A stretch of DNA of 64,000 nt from Mobula hypostoma (GCF_963921235.1 NC_086100.1:32612001-32676000), one strand, 5' to 3'. Shown: positions 12,141 through 25,223, counted from the stretch's first letter. Notes: a model not told the origin generated them from the letters alone. A program made the numbers and translations.

Positions 12141-13974
12141 GTAAGGTTTATGTGGTTATTTGCACTTGCAATACATTTATTGCTGCTTTTTAAATAATGC
12201 TGAATCATTACAAAATTGTTTGCTTGAAATATTTTTGTTTGAATGTGGGGTATCTTCCAATTTAGTAATTGATCTGCCAATGAGTCAGCCAGCCATTCCA
12301 ATGTTAAACAATGACCAGTGACCCATAATTGCTTATCTTTTTGCTGGTTTAAATTCTGGATTGAATGCCAATCTAATACACATAATTCATTATGAGGAAC
12401 TACAAAGAACCTTTAATATGTAATTTTTGGTATCATGTTAAACAAGACAGTGAAAGCCTTCTGTAGACTTCTCATAAATGAGTAGATTAGGTTACCTGCA
12501 TCCAGGAACAACAACTTTATTTATCTAGAACCTCTAACATTGTAACATTTCCTTGCACAGGAGCATAACCAAATGAAATTTAACATCAATTCACATCTGC
12601 GGATGGTAGGATGGATGATCAAAGGTTATGTGGAAAAGGCAAGTTTTAAACAGACTTTTAGCGGGGGGGAGATCCATAGAAAGGCAGAGGTTTATGGTGA
12701 GAATTACAAAAGTTCAGCAGCTTGGGAAGCTTAGGATCAGAATACCAGTGACAGTTATATTTGAATTGGTTTTTAATTTCAAATATTCAAAGCACATTTA
12801 TTATCAAAGAATGTATAAATTATACACCTTGTGACTTATCTGCTTAATGGCAGCCAAAAAGCAAGAAACCCAAATAACCCAATTCAAAAAAAGACCAAAA
12901 GCCACTGAGCAGAGAAAGAGAGAGAGAGAGGAAAAAAAACACATCATGCAAACAATAGAAGCAAGCCAACAGCGTTCTGAACCAGAATAAGTCCCCAGAT
13001 CCGTGCCCAGAGCAGCTGGAACAGGCCCAAGCCTCGGTCCGAATTCACCACACCAGCAGGACAAAAACAGACTGCAGCCGGATCAGTTCACAGCCTTGGT
13101 GCCGCAGAGAAAGAAATGAACATTTGCTTGAGAGCGGGCAAAATCAGCCCAACCCTCGCCTCCGTTCCCAACACGCTGGCTTTTTAAATTGTCCAAGCAC
13201 CAGGTAGTGTTTAGGATCCGGGTCCTAGCACAGCGACACACTTGGGCCACACTGCCCAAAGCCATTCTCGATCTCACCAAATCGTCTCAGCACTTCGAGT
13301 GATTCAACCTCTCACCTGGGTTGGGTGAATGGGCATTGAAACTCTTCTGCATTGACTCCTCTCCAAAATGCTCACTCCATCTCCAGCAGCAATACAGCCA
13401 ACTCCATCTGCAACCACGGCTCGAACACGTTGTGCCTTGCAATACTCCAGCACGGCTCATCCCTGAACCATCCTTGCCTCCGCGTGCCTCCTTATTGTCT
13501 GCGGCAATAGTTCACCATAATTTGCTTCAGAAAAGAGGTCATAAGTATTGTTTTTAGTCGAATCTCTTGCCTTACAATCTACCAGTAAGCTGTGGCAAAT
13601 CCTTGAGTTGAATCACCTTGTAATCACTAAAACAACAATGTTACTCAATATTACCCCAATTTAAAATACAACCAAAAAGTTACAATTATTTTATCTTATG
13701 TTTGCCTATTTCATGTTTTATTTATTAGAGGAATCAACTAAGAATTGACCAGAATTACTAATTATAAAAACTGTTTATCTCTATGAATAGGAAACTGGTT
13801 AAAATAAAATGAAGTGTAGGTATTTCTTCACTGGAGTGAAAATTCCAGGACCGATGTTAGGACTTGTGCTCTTTTTACCAGTCTTATGGTTTTAAAAGCT
13901 TAAAGCATATTTATTATTTCTGGGAGAAGCACCAAAGTTCCGCATGACATGTTATACTAGAATAACTAGAGTGT

Positions 13975-14262
13975 GGGCATGTGTCCAAGTGGTTAAGGCA
14001 TTGGACTAGCGACCTGAAGCAACGTGTTGTGTCCTTGAGCGAGGCACTTAATCACACATTGCTCTGTGACGACACTCGTGCCAAACTGTATGGGTCCTAA
14101 TGCCCTACCCTTGGACAACATCGGTGTCGTGGAGAGGGGAGACTTACAGCATAGGCAACGGCTGGTCTTCCATACAACCTTGCCCAGGCCTGCGCCCTGG
14201 AGAGTGAAAACTTTCCAGGCGCAGATCCATGGTCTCGCGAGACTAACAGATGCCTTTATTTA
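13975..14262 (+). mobile_element. tRNA-headed CORE-type SINE with RTE-like tail
   Basis: CAAGTGGTTAAGGC A-box region, CORE-like TGTGTCCTTGAGCGAGGCACTTAATC, tail ATCCATGGTCTCGCGAGACTAAC; B-box appears deleted. Confidence 0.55.
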
Positions 14263-15602
14263 CTAGAATGAAGAACAAAAGTTACAGCAAGAATACTCTT
14301 GAAAAAAAATTGGTAAATATTGTTATTATTGTAAGATGTATCAAGGTACAGCAAAAAAATGTCTAGACTACAGTCAAATCCAGAATTCAGAATCCAGAAT
14401 CAGAATTTATCACTGGCATGTGTTGTGAAAGTTGATATTGATCAGTGAATTACAACAGTGTACTGAGGTAGAACAAGGCAAAACAATGAGTGTAAATTGT
14501 TACTGTTACAGAGAAAGTGCAGTGCAGGTAGACAATAAGGCATGAAGTCATAACAAGAAACACTGATGTCAAGAATGCATTTTAAAGTACTCAGGCACCC
14601 TTTAGTAGTCTTATAACAGCAGGATAAAACAGTCCTTGATGAAAAAGATATTAAGTTTTAGCAAATATAGCATTGACATATCCAGTCACTGCTTTATAAC
14701 AAGAAGTACATTTAACTATTTGCATAATAGCTTTATTTCTATCTTTGATATCTCTTTTTTTCCCTTTCAAGTTTCTTTTGGAGACCCTGACCTGGAGTTA
14801 CACACTGACTTTGGTTCTTTGTGGAAATGGGCACGCTCTCAGAGCTTCACAACTGGCCACTTTTTGATATGCCAAGGACGTGACCTGGAGGATTAGCGCA
14901 CCTTCAGGGTGCCGGATTTCCGTGGCTCTGGAGACGGGCTAATTCAAGGCTGGTACTGCTGCCTGCTGTGTCGTGGGAGTACACAGAAGATCGAAAGCAG
15001 CGTGCTGGCTGTGTGCCCTGGGACCTGAGCTCTTCGGGCAGAGAGCTCAGAAAAAGCGGTGCAGCAGACTTTTAACAAAACAACTCGCTGATTTATGGTG
15101 TTATGTCTCCCCTCTCGCTGTGAAACAGGGACACCTCGTTTTGCCTTATTAGGAAGAGAGAGAGCCTGTGGTATGTCGAATGCTGGGTGAACGAATAGTC
15201 TGTGGGGTACTGCAAATCTGTGTCTTTATTTAAGCTTTGCTGTATGCTTGAGTGCTTGGTCGGGGTGCTGATGCTTTTTTTGCTGGTTGGGGTGTGGGTT
15301 GTTGCTTTGCTGCTGCTTGTGTGAGGGAGGGGGGAGTTGGGGGGGCTTTGGGGTTCTAACATTTAACTGTCATTCATTCTTTGGGGCACTCCTCTGTTTT
15401 TGTGGATGTTTACGATGAAAAAGAATTTCAGGATGCATATTGTATACATTCCTCTGACATTAAATGTACCTATTGAAACCTATTGAAAGTAGCAAATATG
15501 ATCATGAACCTGTTTTTACCATTTTATTAGCATAGGAAATATCTATGAACATGATTCAGGAGAAATCATCACTTACCTATGCATTCTAGAGATGGTGTAC
15601 AG

Positions 15603-18117
15603 TAGGGGTCGCCAACCCGTCGATCGTGATTGACCGGTCGATCTTTGAGACTTTCCCAGTCAATCCCAAAAAAAATGAAAAATAAATACACAAATACTGT
15701 TGTAATGTGAGCATTATAAAAATAAGTAATACTAATTAGGATAATGGTAATATAGCAATATTTTCACTATTGAAAACTATTTGTAAAGAGAGATTGTTTC
15801 TGGGTTGTGGGGTCTTAGTTCCGTTCTTTCTGTCCAGTGTGCATGTGTGTAGCTCCCCCACCATGCACCGCATTTTCAGCGTAGCTTGTGCTGCATCAAA
15901 GTGACCAATTAGATTGGATAAGAGTACTGACTGTCACAACCATCAATACACGGCACTTGCTTGTGATATTCTGCAAGGTAGCTAGCTAGCACGGCGGAGG
16001 CTCCACGAAAGAAGGCGAAAACTTACAACTTCCATCCAGAATGGGAAGAGGAATTTCTATTTACCTCGGTGAAAGACAAGTGTGTATGTATGTTGTGCCA
16101 CCAACCACAAGCACCCTCTAAAAGAGGGAATCTGGAGCGGAACCACAACACCAACCACCAGAAATTTAAAGACACCTACACCCCCAAAGAGTGCAATTTG
16201 TGCCAGGAAAATTGAGGAGCTGAAATCGGGGTTGAAGGCCCAGCAATCCTTTTTCACAAAACATGCTGCTCAAAATAAGGCTGCTATTGAAGCATTTCGT
16301 GTAAGTCACCTTTTGGCTAAGCAGAAGAAGCTTTTTACAGATGGCGATTTATTCAAGGAAGCAATGGCCATTACCGCAGAGACTGTTTTTAATGACTTTA
16401 AAAACATAAGCGACATCACAACCGCTAATATACTGTCAGAGGACGTGGATCGACAAGTGTTAAAGGACTTGTCACTCTGTGAATATTTTTCACTGCAGTT
16501 CGATGAATCCCTGGATGTAATGCAAACAGCTCAGCTTGTTATATTTGTCAGAATGGCTTTCCAGGATTTTACAACAAAGGAGAACTTCCTCACTCTTTTG
16601 CAATTAAAGGAAAGAACGAGAGGTGAGGATATTTACAATGAGTTTAAAAAATATATCCGTGAAAATGACATCCCCATTCATCAACTGATGGCAATTACTA
16701 CTGATGGGGCTCCAGCAATGCACGGTGTGTGTGTTGGTTTTATAGCACTGTGCCGTAATGACCCTGATTTTCCCAGCTTCCTAGATTATCACTGTGTGAT
16801 TCATCAGCAGGCCTTGGCTGGGAAGGTCGTGGACTTTTCTCAAGTAATGACACTGGTGGTCAAACTGATAAACTTGATTCGAGCAAAAGCCCTTCAGCAC
16901 CGCTTATTCAAGGCGTTATTGGATGAGCTCGATGACGCTTATGGAGACATAATTCTTCATGCTGATGTTCGGTGGTTGAGTCGCGGCAAAGTGCTGCAAC
17001 GATTCGTTGACTTGCTGCCTGAGGTAAAGACTTTCCTGTCAACAAGAAACGAGGAGCACGAGGAGCTGTCAGATGATGCGTGGCTACTGGATTTAGCGTT
17101 TCTGACAGACATAACGGCTAAATTAAATACACTTAATAACGAGCTCATGGGAAAAGACCACCACCTAACCCACACGATAAGCGCAGTAAATGCGTTTAAG
17201 GCCATGCTCGGTGTCTGGATTTCAAATTTAAAGAAAGGGAGGCTGACACACTTTCCCAACTTGGAAAAAATGTTACCGGCCATCATGGAAAAAAATACTT
17301 TTCGCCCTGAGCAGTACTGTGCTCACTTAGACAAACTAGCAATAGAATTCGATGGGCATTTTGGGGAGTTAAACGTCATGAAAGATATTGCTGCATTTAT
17401 TTCAAACCCATTTCTGCCGATTGATATAGAACAGATAGCAGCCAAACTCCAGCAAGTATTTGGTGCGCCAAGTGATTCTGAAATGGAAATAATTGATTTG
17501 CAAATGACATCAAGCTTAAAGCAAGATCAGGGGATGGTGACTTTTGGAGGCTTGTCAGCAGGGAGAAGTTTCCTTATCTCACCGCATGTGCACTAAAAGT
17601 CAGTGCTTACTTCGGGTCAACTTATCTGTGTGGAATTGCATTTTCACAGATGAAAATTATTAAATTTAAGTACAGGAGCTCTCTTACTGACAGACACCTC
17701 ACAGACTGGCTGTCTGTAGTTATGAGCCAAATTTCATGGAACTAGCAGAAAGTATTCAGCCCCAGTCATCCCACTGAGTGCAATGGCAAATTTTTATTCA
17801 TTTATTTTTCGTGTTGAAATAAAACTAAATAATGAAACTTAGAATTAAAGGTGTGAAGTATTGTAATACTTGTATTCTTAAAGAAAGACAGTTATGGCCT
17901 GTTTGATATGCCAGTTACAGTGTTTTCTTGTTTGAACTAATTTGAAAGTTTGACAAAAGTATTTTGTGTAATTCAAATACATTTAGCCCAAATAAAAGGC
18001 CTCAAATTGGAAGTACAATCTGAGCTGTGTTTTCTCTAAATGATTTAGTAGGTAGATCTCACCTTTTACTAAGGTCGAGGTGGGGGATCTTGGGCTTAAA
18101 AAGGTTGGTGACCACTA
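15603..18117 (+). mobile_element. Full-length hAT DNA transposon (Buster/Charlie group), 2.5 kb
   Basis: TIRs TAGGGGTCGCCAACC (15603-15617) and GGTTGGTGACCACTA (18103-18117), 13/15 match; 8-bp TSD GTGTACAG (15595-15602) / GTGTACAA (18118-18125) with central TA. Confidence 0.9.
15991..17777 (+). pseudogene. hAT transposase (GTF2IRD2/EPM2AIP1-like family), frameshifted
   Basis: BED-like N-terminus (YNFHPEWEEEF...CVCMLC) in a different frame from ORF 16082-17596 (SLQFDES, ITTDGAPAM, HCVIHQQAL, VRWLSRG); C-terminal FGSTYLC...FSQMK follows another shift near 17500. Confidence 0.85.
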
Positions 18118-18409
18118 GTGTACAAGAAAGATCCTGTGAACCTTGTGTCATGGTGTAAGCTCAACTTCAGTGAAAACAAAAGAGTTGGTTGTTCACCTAA
18201 GGGATGGTGTGGAGATGTTTGTGGGGGCGATGAACAAACCTTGTCCTCATCAGAGCTGTGATAGATGTAGAGATGGTTGGCAGCTTCAAGCTCCATGGCA
18301 TCCATTTCACTAGCAACCTCAACTAGTCCTTTCACACTGATGCGGTGGTCAAGAATGGGCATTAGCATATTTTGTTTCTCTGGCACCTGGCAGGATTTGG
18401 CATGACAAC

Positions 18410-19000
18410 CTGGATTCTCTCAGACTTCTACAGATGCACTATAGAAAGCATTCTAAACAGCTGTATCTCAGCTTGGTATGGCAATCGCTCTGCTCTGGAC
18501 CAACAGAACCTGCAAAGAGTGATAAGCAAAGGCTAGTTCATCCCAAGATTGCAAATTCTTTTTATCTAGTCCATCTTCACAGTGCATTGGTTCAGAAAGG
18601 CTGACAGTATCATCAGTATCTTCAAGGATGCCTGCTACCCCGTTCATTCCCTTTTCTCCCTTCTGGGAGAAGACACAAGAAAACCCTGATATCCAGATTT
18701 AAGAAGAGCTTTCTCCGTACTGTTCTCGGACTTCTGAATCTCTCACCTCTTTACACCCCTTTCTCAATAGCGCTGCCATGTTCGTGTACTCTTCATTCTA
18801 CCTCTTTTGGTTGTTTTGCTATCTTCACTTCAGCATTTCATTTTGCACCAGTTCAGTTTGCACTGTTATCTTCTCACCATTTTGTTATTTTGCAGTCGTT
18901 GTTGAATTTATGATCATCATGTATACTATTCAGATTCTGTGAGTTTCGTTCAAACAAGGAATTGCATTGCACCCTGGTGAATATGGCAATAAACTAACCT
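18410..19000 (+). mobile_element. Rex1/Babar-type LINE 3' fragment
   Basis: Translates FYRCTIESILNSCISAWYGN; terminal AATAAA near 18990. Confidence 0.65.
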
Positions 19001-19629
19001 GGATCCAACAAAAACGAAACATCGAAGAGGGAACTAAATGCTGTCTGCATAAACACAAAAATGGCGAGTTTCAGATCACAAAAAGTTGACATGTAATTGA
19101 GAAAAGCAATGTTTAACGTAATCCTTTATACTACATAAATCACACATAGATAATTCACTAAGAGCACGATATACTCAAGTTAAAATTTACAACTAATAGT
19201 GCCATTATATTAGCATCAGAGGAGATCTGTCAGCTTAGCAAGTGAAGACGGACCAATATTTCAAAGAAGTGCAGGAAAGTGGAAATTAAGGCTTTATTGG
19301 AGGAGAACAAATGCTAGTTTAAAACAATGCTTATTTAAAACTAAGGATAACAAAGAAACGGAGGTGTAGTGGGTAATTCAATGTGGAATTCAGTGTGGAA
19401 CCTAGACAGCAACATGGAATACACTAGTCTCACACAAAAGGCCCACACTATCCCTATCACATCTTCCAAAGATCATACGGTAAATCCCTGTTTCCTGCAA
19501 GTTGATAAGTCCCTGCAATCTATTCTATTCTGTGAATTTATCAACTTTGTTTTTGAAAGCTAGAATTAAATATGCTTTTACCATGCTACTCATTCAATGT
19601 AAGTGTCAATGGCCTTTAAACTATGGTTA

Positions 19630-20210
19630 GTGGTTCCTTAAGGTTATGTTAGCTGGGGGAGGTAGTGGGGATAAGCTCCCATTACATATTAAATGCTCCC
19701 AATGGCATGTGACTTAAGTAGCCTCTGACAAGTGAGAGGTATTTATGTCTGGCTTCGCTACCAAGCCCAGCAAAACCATTTCTACAGACAGGAAAAGGGG
19801 CAAAGGCAGATTACTGGTGCCTTAAAACCAGTTGCTTTGGGCAGATGGGGTTCATCCGCTGTGGTTGGCAGCTCATCTAGGGGAAGGAAAACTCTGAACT
19901 CAAACCTCCGCTGCCTTGTGGCTATACCAACTCATGGGGAAGACTTCGGGAGTAAACCCTGAGGAAAAATCCAGAGCTGGAATCCTTAAAACAGTTCAAG
20001 GTAGAGTTCAACATGGATGGGCAACTCCTGCGACGCCGCTGGTGCTAAACCATATCAGTCTCTGCCGTTCCTTTGGATCCATCAGCTACGTGGAGGAGAC
20101 CCTGCTGCTCCGGCAACAGCTTGTACATCACGTAAGCAGCTAGGGCACAATATCCATGTCAAGAGGACATATTGCCCAACATATATCAATCTTTCCCTGA
20201 TGGTTATGAT
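19630..20210 (+). mobile_element. RTE-related non-coding repeat (5' leader-type sequence)
   Basis: CTAGGGGAAGGAAAACTCTGAACTCAAACCTCCGCTGCC motif recalled from RTE 5' regions; hairpin GTAGTGGGGA/CTCCCATTAC; GC-richer than flanks. Confidence 0.4.
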
Positions 20211-21249
20211 CATGCATGTTGGCCTGTTTAAACAAACTACAGTATTGAGGAGTATAAAATGTGTCATATATTCTTGTTTAAAATATGACCCATTTCATCA
20301 TAAGTATATTTTAAAATTTGTAAGTATTGTAAGTATTTAAAGTATAAAATTAATGTTGAGCATGTAGTGGAAAAAAAGTATGACTTTACTGACTGGAAGG
20401 GTTATGAAAAGTGATGGTGAAGTAAGCTGATTATCATCAATATATTCTAGAGATGGAAACCAATGGAATGGTTTTGGATAGCATGGGACAAAATCATCCA
20501 AAATAACTGCATTGGGGATAAAAATCAACAATCAGAGGTAATAATGCAGCTTTGGGAGGAAAAGCTTTTACTATTGAATCTCCATCCTAATGAAGGACTG
20601 GAGACCAAACAAGATTAAAGTTTGTTAATTTTTAATACTAATTAGTTTGAAATTCAACCCTAATTAACAGCCTTGTTCTTATGCTACAGTGATGTTAATG
20701 TTATATTTTCCAGCAACAGCTATCTTTATCTTGATAATTGTGAAAAATACGCAGTAACGAGAAAGAAGACCAGGAATATTACCTTTACTTAAAATACCCC
20801 TAGCTGCCTCTCACTTGAATGTGATCGAGGTCTAAGGAAGCAAACAGATGATAAATGTGAGACCTGTTTTACTAAGTAACAAAGTCATCCATTGTAACGG
20901 CTGAACTTGTTCTGAGGGTCGGTCTTTAATAATTAAGAATTAAAATTTGTCATTCTGACTCACTGATGGTATAACTTCAATTTTTCTTAATGCACTGCTG
21001 CGTGAAACCCGTAATATAAAAGTGTTCTGAAGCTCTTTTCCCCGTTTCTATAACTTTTCCTAACACTTAGGTTAAACGTACACCGAGGAACGTTCCAACA
21101 GAGTGGGAATGAGGCGTTCACGCACTACATTGGTTTCTCATGAAACTCACTGGACTGAAAGTTTACTGTTACTTTCTGCGCTGCGGCTGCCCGACTGCGG
21201 AATATTTTCCAACACTGTTTTATTTCATATTTCAGGCATTACTGCATGT

Positions 21250-21445
21250 TGAGGGTGGTGATAGGTCCTGATTATGCGACCACTGACACCAGTCTTTGAA
21301 GCGTAGTGATAATGACTGGGGTCAGTCACCCGTCACGTAAAGACATGGCCCAAAAAAGGAGGCAATGGCAAATCACTTCTGCAGAAAAATTTGCCCTGAA
21401 CAACCATGCTCGCCTGCGACACACCACACGGCACATAACGAATGA
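21250..21445 (+). mobile_element. Short RTE-tailed SINE-like repeat
   Basis: AGGAGGCAATGGCAAATCACTTCTG...TTTGCC motif resembling the Bov-A/RTE-derived segment. Confidence 0.45.
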
Positions 21446-21849
21446 GACGACACGTTGACTCGTTAATTAGCTTTTTTTATTTTGAGGAAACAGTTTTAAT
21501 TCCATTACCTTCAAACTTTTAAAATGCTGTGTATATACTTTAAAAACACACACGCTTAAAAGCAATTGCGTCCAGCACGGGGCAATTTCTATACTGTATC
21601 ACGACCTGTTCGGTTCATGTTAGTTTCCCTTCTCTTCTCCCCCGCTTTTATTAATCCGGCTCGTCCTATCAACGTGCCGAACCTATGGGACAGAATACTG
21701 TTGACCCTCATGTCAGGCGGTCTTTATAAACTTGGAAAACTCCAATATTACAGTATTTATCGGAGATCAACGACAGTCTGAACCTGCCAGCTGCTCTTTT
21801 CCCTTGAGAGTGTTGATCAAAATCTCGCTTCGGCATGAATACAACAAAA

Positions 21850-22091
21850 GGTCAGTCATGAAAACAGAAAGCTCAGCCCGTTTCTTGTCGGCAGGGAACT
21901 AAATCGCCCCCGTTGAACGTGCGCCTTTAAAGTCTTCTTGCCATCCCCTTGACAACTACGCAGGTAGAGCGCCATGACGTCAAGATCAAACAGCCAATCA
22001 AGATGATCGTATTTGAATCTATGTACGCGGCCCTTACGTTTGTTCTTCCGCAGCCAGCTGTCCCGCTCCCGATGTCGGGTGTCGGTCAGAG
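21850..22091 (+). promoter_or_regulatory. PIGZ: CpG-rich promoter and probable non-coding exon 1 of PIGZ
   Basis: Local CpG enrichment; perfect CRE TGACGTCA 21975-21982; CCAAT 21994-21998; donor GAG|GTAATA at 22091/22092. Confidence 0.6.
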
Positions 22092-22569
22092 GTAATATTG
22101 GCGAGGTGGGTAACAATGACGGCCACATGGCAGTACGACAGGGAGGGAAGCGCTACAGGTGTCCCTTCCGCATTGCCACAGGCTTTTAGTCTCTTTCCCC
22201 TTTCGCTGGGCACATGACTGCCCTGCCCAGAGGAAGGCTTAAACATCAGCAGTGGGGCAGGTTCTCCATGTCGGTATACCTATCACCCAGCGAGTGGACA
22301 AGGTGTACACTGGAAGTCTACACCGTTGTATTCTCGGCATTGCTGCAAGCTCTTATTTGCAATAATTGAAAGAACTTCTTGTGGTCATTGTTGGAATGCA
22401 AGAGAAATACACAGTAAGCTCTCACACACGGCCCTATAAAAATGGACAAACAGTTTGAGGGTCCGTTGTTGGCATTTCTTTCGTTTCTGAAATGTAGAGT
22501 CAAAGAATATGATGTTGAATTGTCCTGTTAAATGATGGAGCAGGCTGATCCTGTTTCCTTTATTCTTAT

Positions 22570-22707
22570 AACGCAAACGATAGGAATTCTGCAGATGTTG
22601 GAAATTCAAGCAACACACATCAAAGTTGCTGGTGCATGCAGCAGGCCAGGCAGCATCTCTAAGAAGAGGTACAGTCGACGTCTTTGCCTGAAACGTCGAC
22701 TGTACCT
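22570..22707. mobile_element. Penelope-derived fold-back mini-insert with 16-bp TSD
   Basis: TTTCCTTTATTCTTAT at 22554-22569 and 22708-22723; perfect 15-bp inverted repeat 22667-22681/22693-22707; homologous to the insert at 38745-38840. Confidence 0.75.
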
Positions 22708-25105
22708 TTTCCTTTATTCTTATGATAGAGTGTCATGGGATGTTTTGCATCCACCTAGCAAGACAGGGCTTTGGTTTATTGGCTTCTCACAATACAGCAC
22801 TTCCTGACAGGTGTCATCCAAGACTTCTGATGTTGATGAAATAGCCATCAAAAGAACTAAACCTAAAGCTGTAAAATTATTTGCTGCCCAGCACAATTTT
22901 CTTTTAGTTTCTGATTGGACTATTGTGCCGCAAGACCTATCATTACTGACTAACTCCTTGGTGTGGCTGATTTGTACAACAATATGTCCCACATTGCAAG
23001 GACTTGTTCAGCAAGCAATGTACTTGTCTAGATTTCTGGTATAGTCCCAGGTATAATTGTGGAATAAAAGTAGTTCAGTGGCGTCTCTTGGATCTCCTGT
23101 GACTTTCATGTTCCAACAACTTGCTTTATTTTGTCACATGATCTGTCTGCTGAGTTTATTCTTTCTCCTGATCACGTAGCCAGTCAAATCTTGCTTTATT
23201 AATTACATAGTAATTAACAGCTGACACAATAATTGAATTTAACTGTACTTTTAACTAAATAAAACATCCATTGTAGCTTATTAGAGCCTTCAAATAAAAT
23301 TGGACTTCAAACCATACAGGAATTTTTTAAAGCATCTTCAGGGAGATGAAAGAAACGTGCCAGTTTGAAGTTGTGATTTCAGAATCTAGCTGTGAACATT
23401 CAGTTCATGGTGTGTGGTTAAAAGAGGGCCAAGAGGCTAGAATTTGAAGAGCACATTCATCTTAACAGTTTACAGGGCTGGTTGTTAGAGTGATGGGATA
23501 ATACCATAGAAAGTTCTGAAACAGAAATGAGAATTTCAAAATTGATGTTTTGCATTACCTCAAACTAAATTATGCAAGCAGCAATATTCCTGTAATGCAA
23601 ATGGATCTTGGAGTAGTATAAAGTGTGAACTTGGTTAGGTAATTCAGCTTTCCGTTTGAGGAGAGTGCAAGTTTCTATAGGGTCAAATGTGAGAGCCTGA
23701 ATACGTAAGCACTGGAAGACTAAAGTCTGAAAGAGGCAAAAGGAATGAGTAAAGATTTCATCAAGAAATAAAAGATGTGAGCAGAAATGTGCAATGAAAT
23801 GAAAGTGGAAATAGTTGTTGAGTGGAAAAACTAAGAGATAACCAGGCATCAAAGTCCCTCCCCGATTCTTGAATCCAAGGATTGTGTATGGAGTTGTATA
23901 GATACAATTTATTCATGTTGCTTGAATTCTGACATTGTTGGGCAGCTATTTATATTTTTCATAAAGATTTCATGGCAAAGGCAGGGCGAGTGGAGAGGAG
24001 GAGAGGCAGATTTCAGGCCTGTCCACCTAAACCGAGAGCGAGGTTTGATCGATCCAAGCTCCAGGCCAAATTGGAAAGGTCAAATATGAGTGGAATTGTG
24101 GTGGTGGTGTCTAGGCCCGGAGTGTATCGATGTGCCAGGGCCCGGGTCTGAGTGTGAGGAACGACCTAATGTTTGGATGCTTTAAGCGCTGGTTCAGATT
24201 GATTGAAAAGGCAGGGTGTCAGGAAAGAAGCAAAAGTCGGGATGGAGCTGCTGGCTACTCTGCGACTTTTACTTGGCTCTGCGCTGAACTTTGGCTTAGG
24301 CTGTGGCCTGCTGTGGGCTTTATGTCTATGGACTCACTTTTGTTCTGAATGTTATTTGCTTATTTTTATTGTTTGTAGGATTTGTTTCTTTTCTATCTCC
24401 ACATTCGATTTTTGATGGTCTTTTTTATGTGTTCTTTTAGATTTCTTTGCTTTTTGGAAGCCTGTAAAGAGATGAATCTCAAGCTTGTATAATGTCTTCA
24501 TACTTGATAATAAATGTTCTTTGAACCACGTAAAAAGATGTTAATATTTCAGAGCAGGGAACCTTGTTATTACGCTTTAACCATCAGGCTTCTGAAGCAG
24601 AGTGAATAACTTCACTCACCTGACTGCTGTACTGGATCAATGATGGACTCATTTTCAAAGACTCTGCAATTCATGTTCTCAGTATTATTTATTGTATTTG
24701 CACAAATTGTCATCTTTTGCACATTGATTGTTAGTCTTTGGGGCTAGTTTTTTATTGATTCTATTGCATTTCTTTGTTCTATTGTAAATGCTGGAAAGAA
24801 AATGAATCTCGGTAGTATATAATGACACGTACATATTTTGAAAATAAATTTACTTTGAACTTTGGTTCTGCTCTTGGTTTTCTCTCCTCATGCATACTGC
24901 TGACCTGGTTAGTGTATAGAGCTTTGTTGTTTGATTTCATAGATTAGGAGGACTTGTCTTAATCTTTTGTTAAAACATAAACATATACTTCCTAAAAGTG
25001 TTACAAATCGATGCATTATTACTTTGTTACATATGAACTAATAAGATATGCATTTGTTTTTGAACAGCATGCGGCAGTTTGGTATTCTACAGTAAGGTGT
25101 ACAGA

Positions 25106-25223
25106 ATGGCGCTCAAATTATTGTGGCTGGCTCTTGGTGTGGTCAGGGTACTATGGTGTTTAGCACCACAAACTGGCTACATACATCCTGATGAATTTTT
25201 TCAATCTCCAGAGATTATGGCAG
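25106..25223 (+). CDS. PIGZ: PIGZ first coding exon (GPI mannosyltransferase 4)
   Basis: [39 protein letters not shown](G); acceptor AG 25066-25067; phase-1 donor CAG|GTAAAG. Confidence 0.93.

Noticed and set aside
15991-15993. Both hAT transposases show ACG at the apparent start (also 62519-62521 on the minus strand), hinting at non-AUG initiation
   Set aside because: Both copies are otherwise decayed, so simple mutation is sufficient; needs family consensus sequences
16082-17596. Domesticated GTF2IRD2/ZBED-like host gene
   Set aside because: Bounded by TIRs and a TSD, and frameshifted at both ends
1-21000. MELTF exons, expected upstream of PIGZ from human synteny
   Set aside because: No transferrin-like peptide found in the ORF track or in the segments I translated by hand; short exons could have been missed
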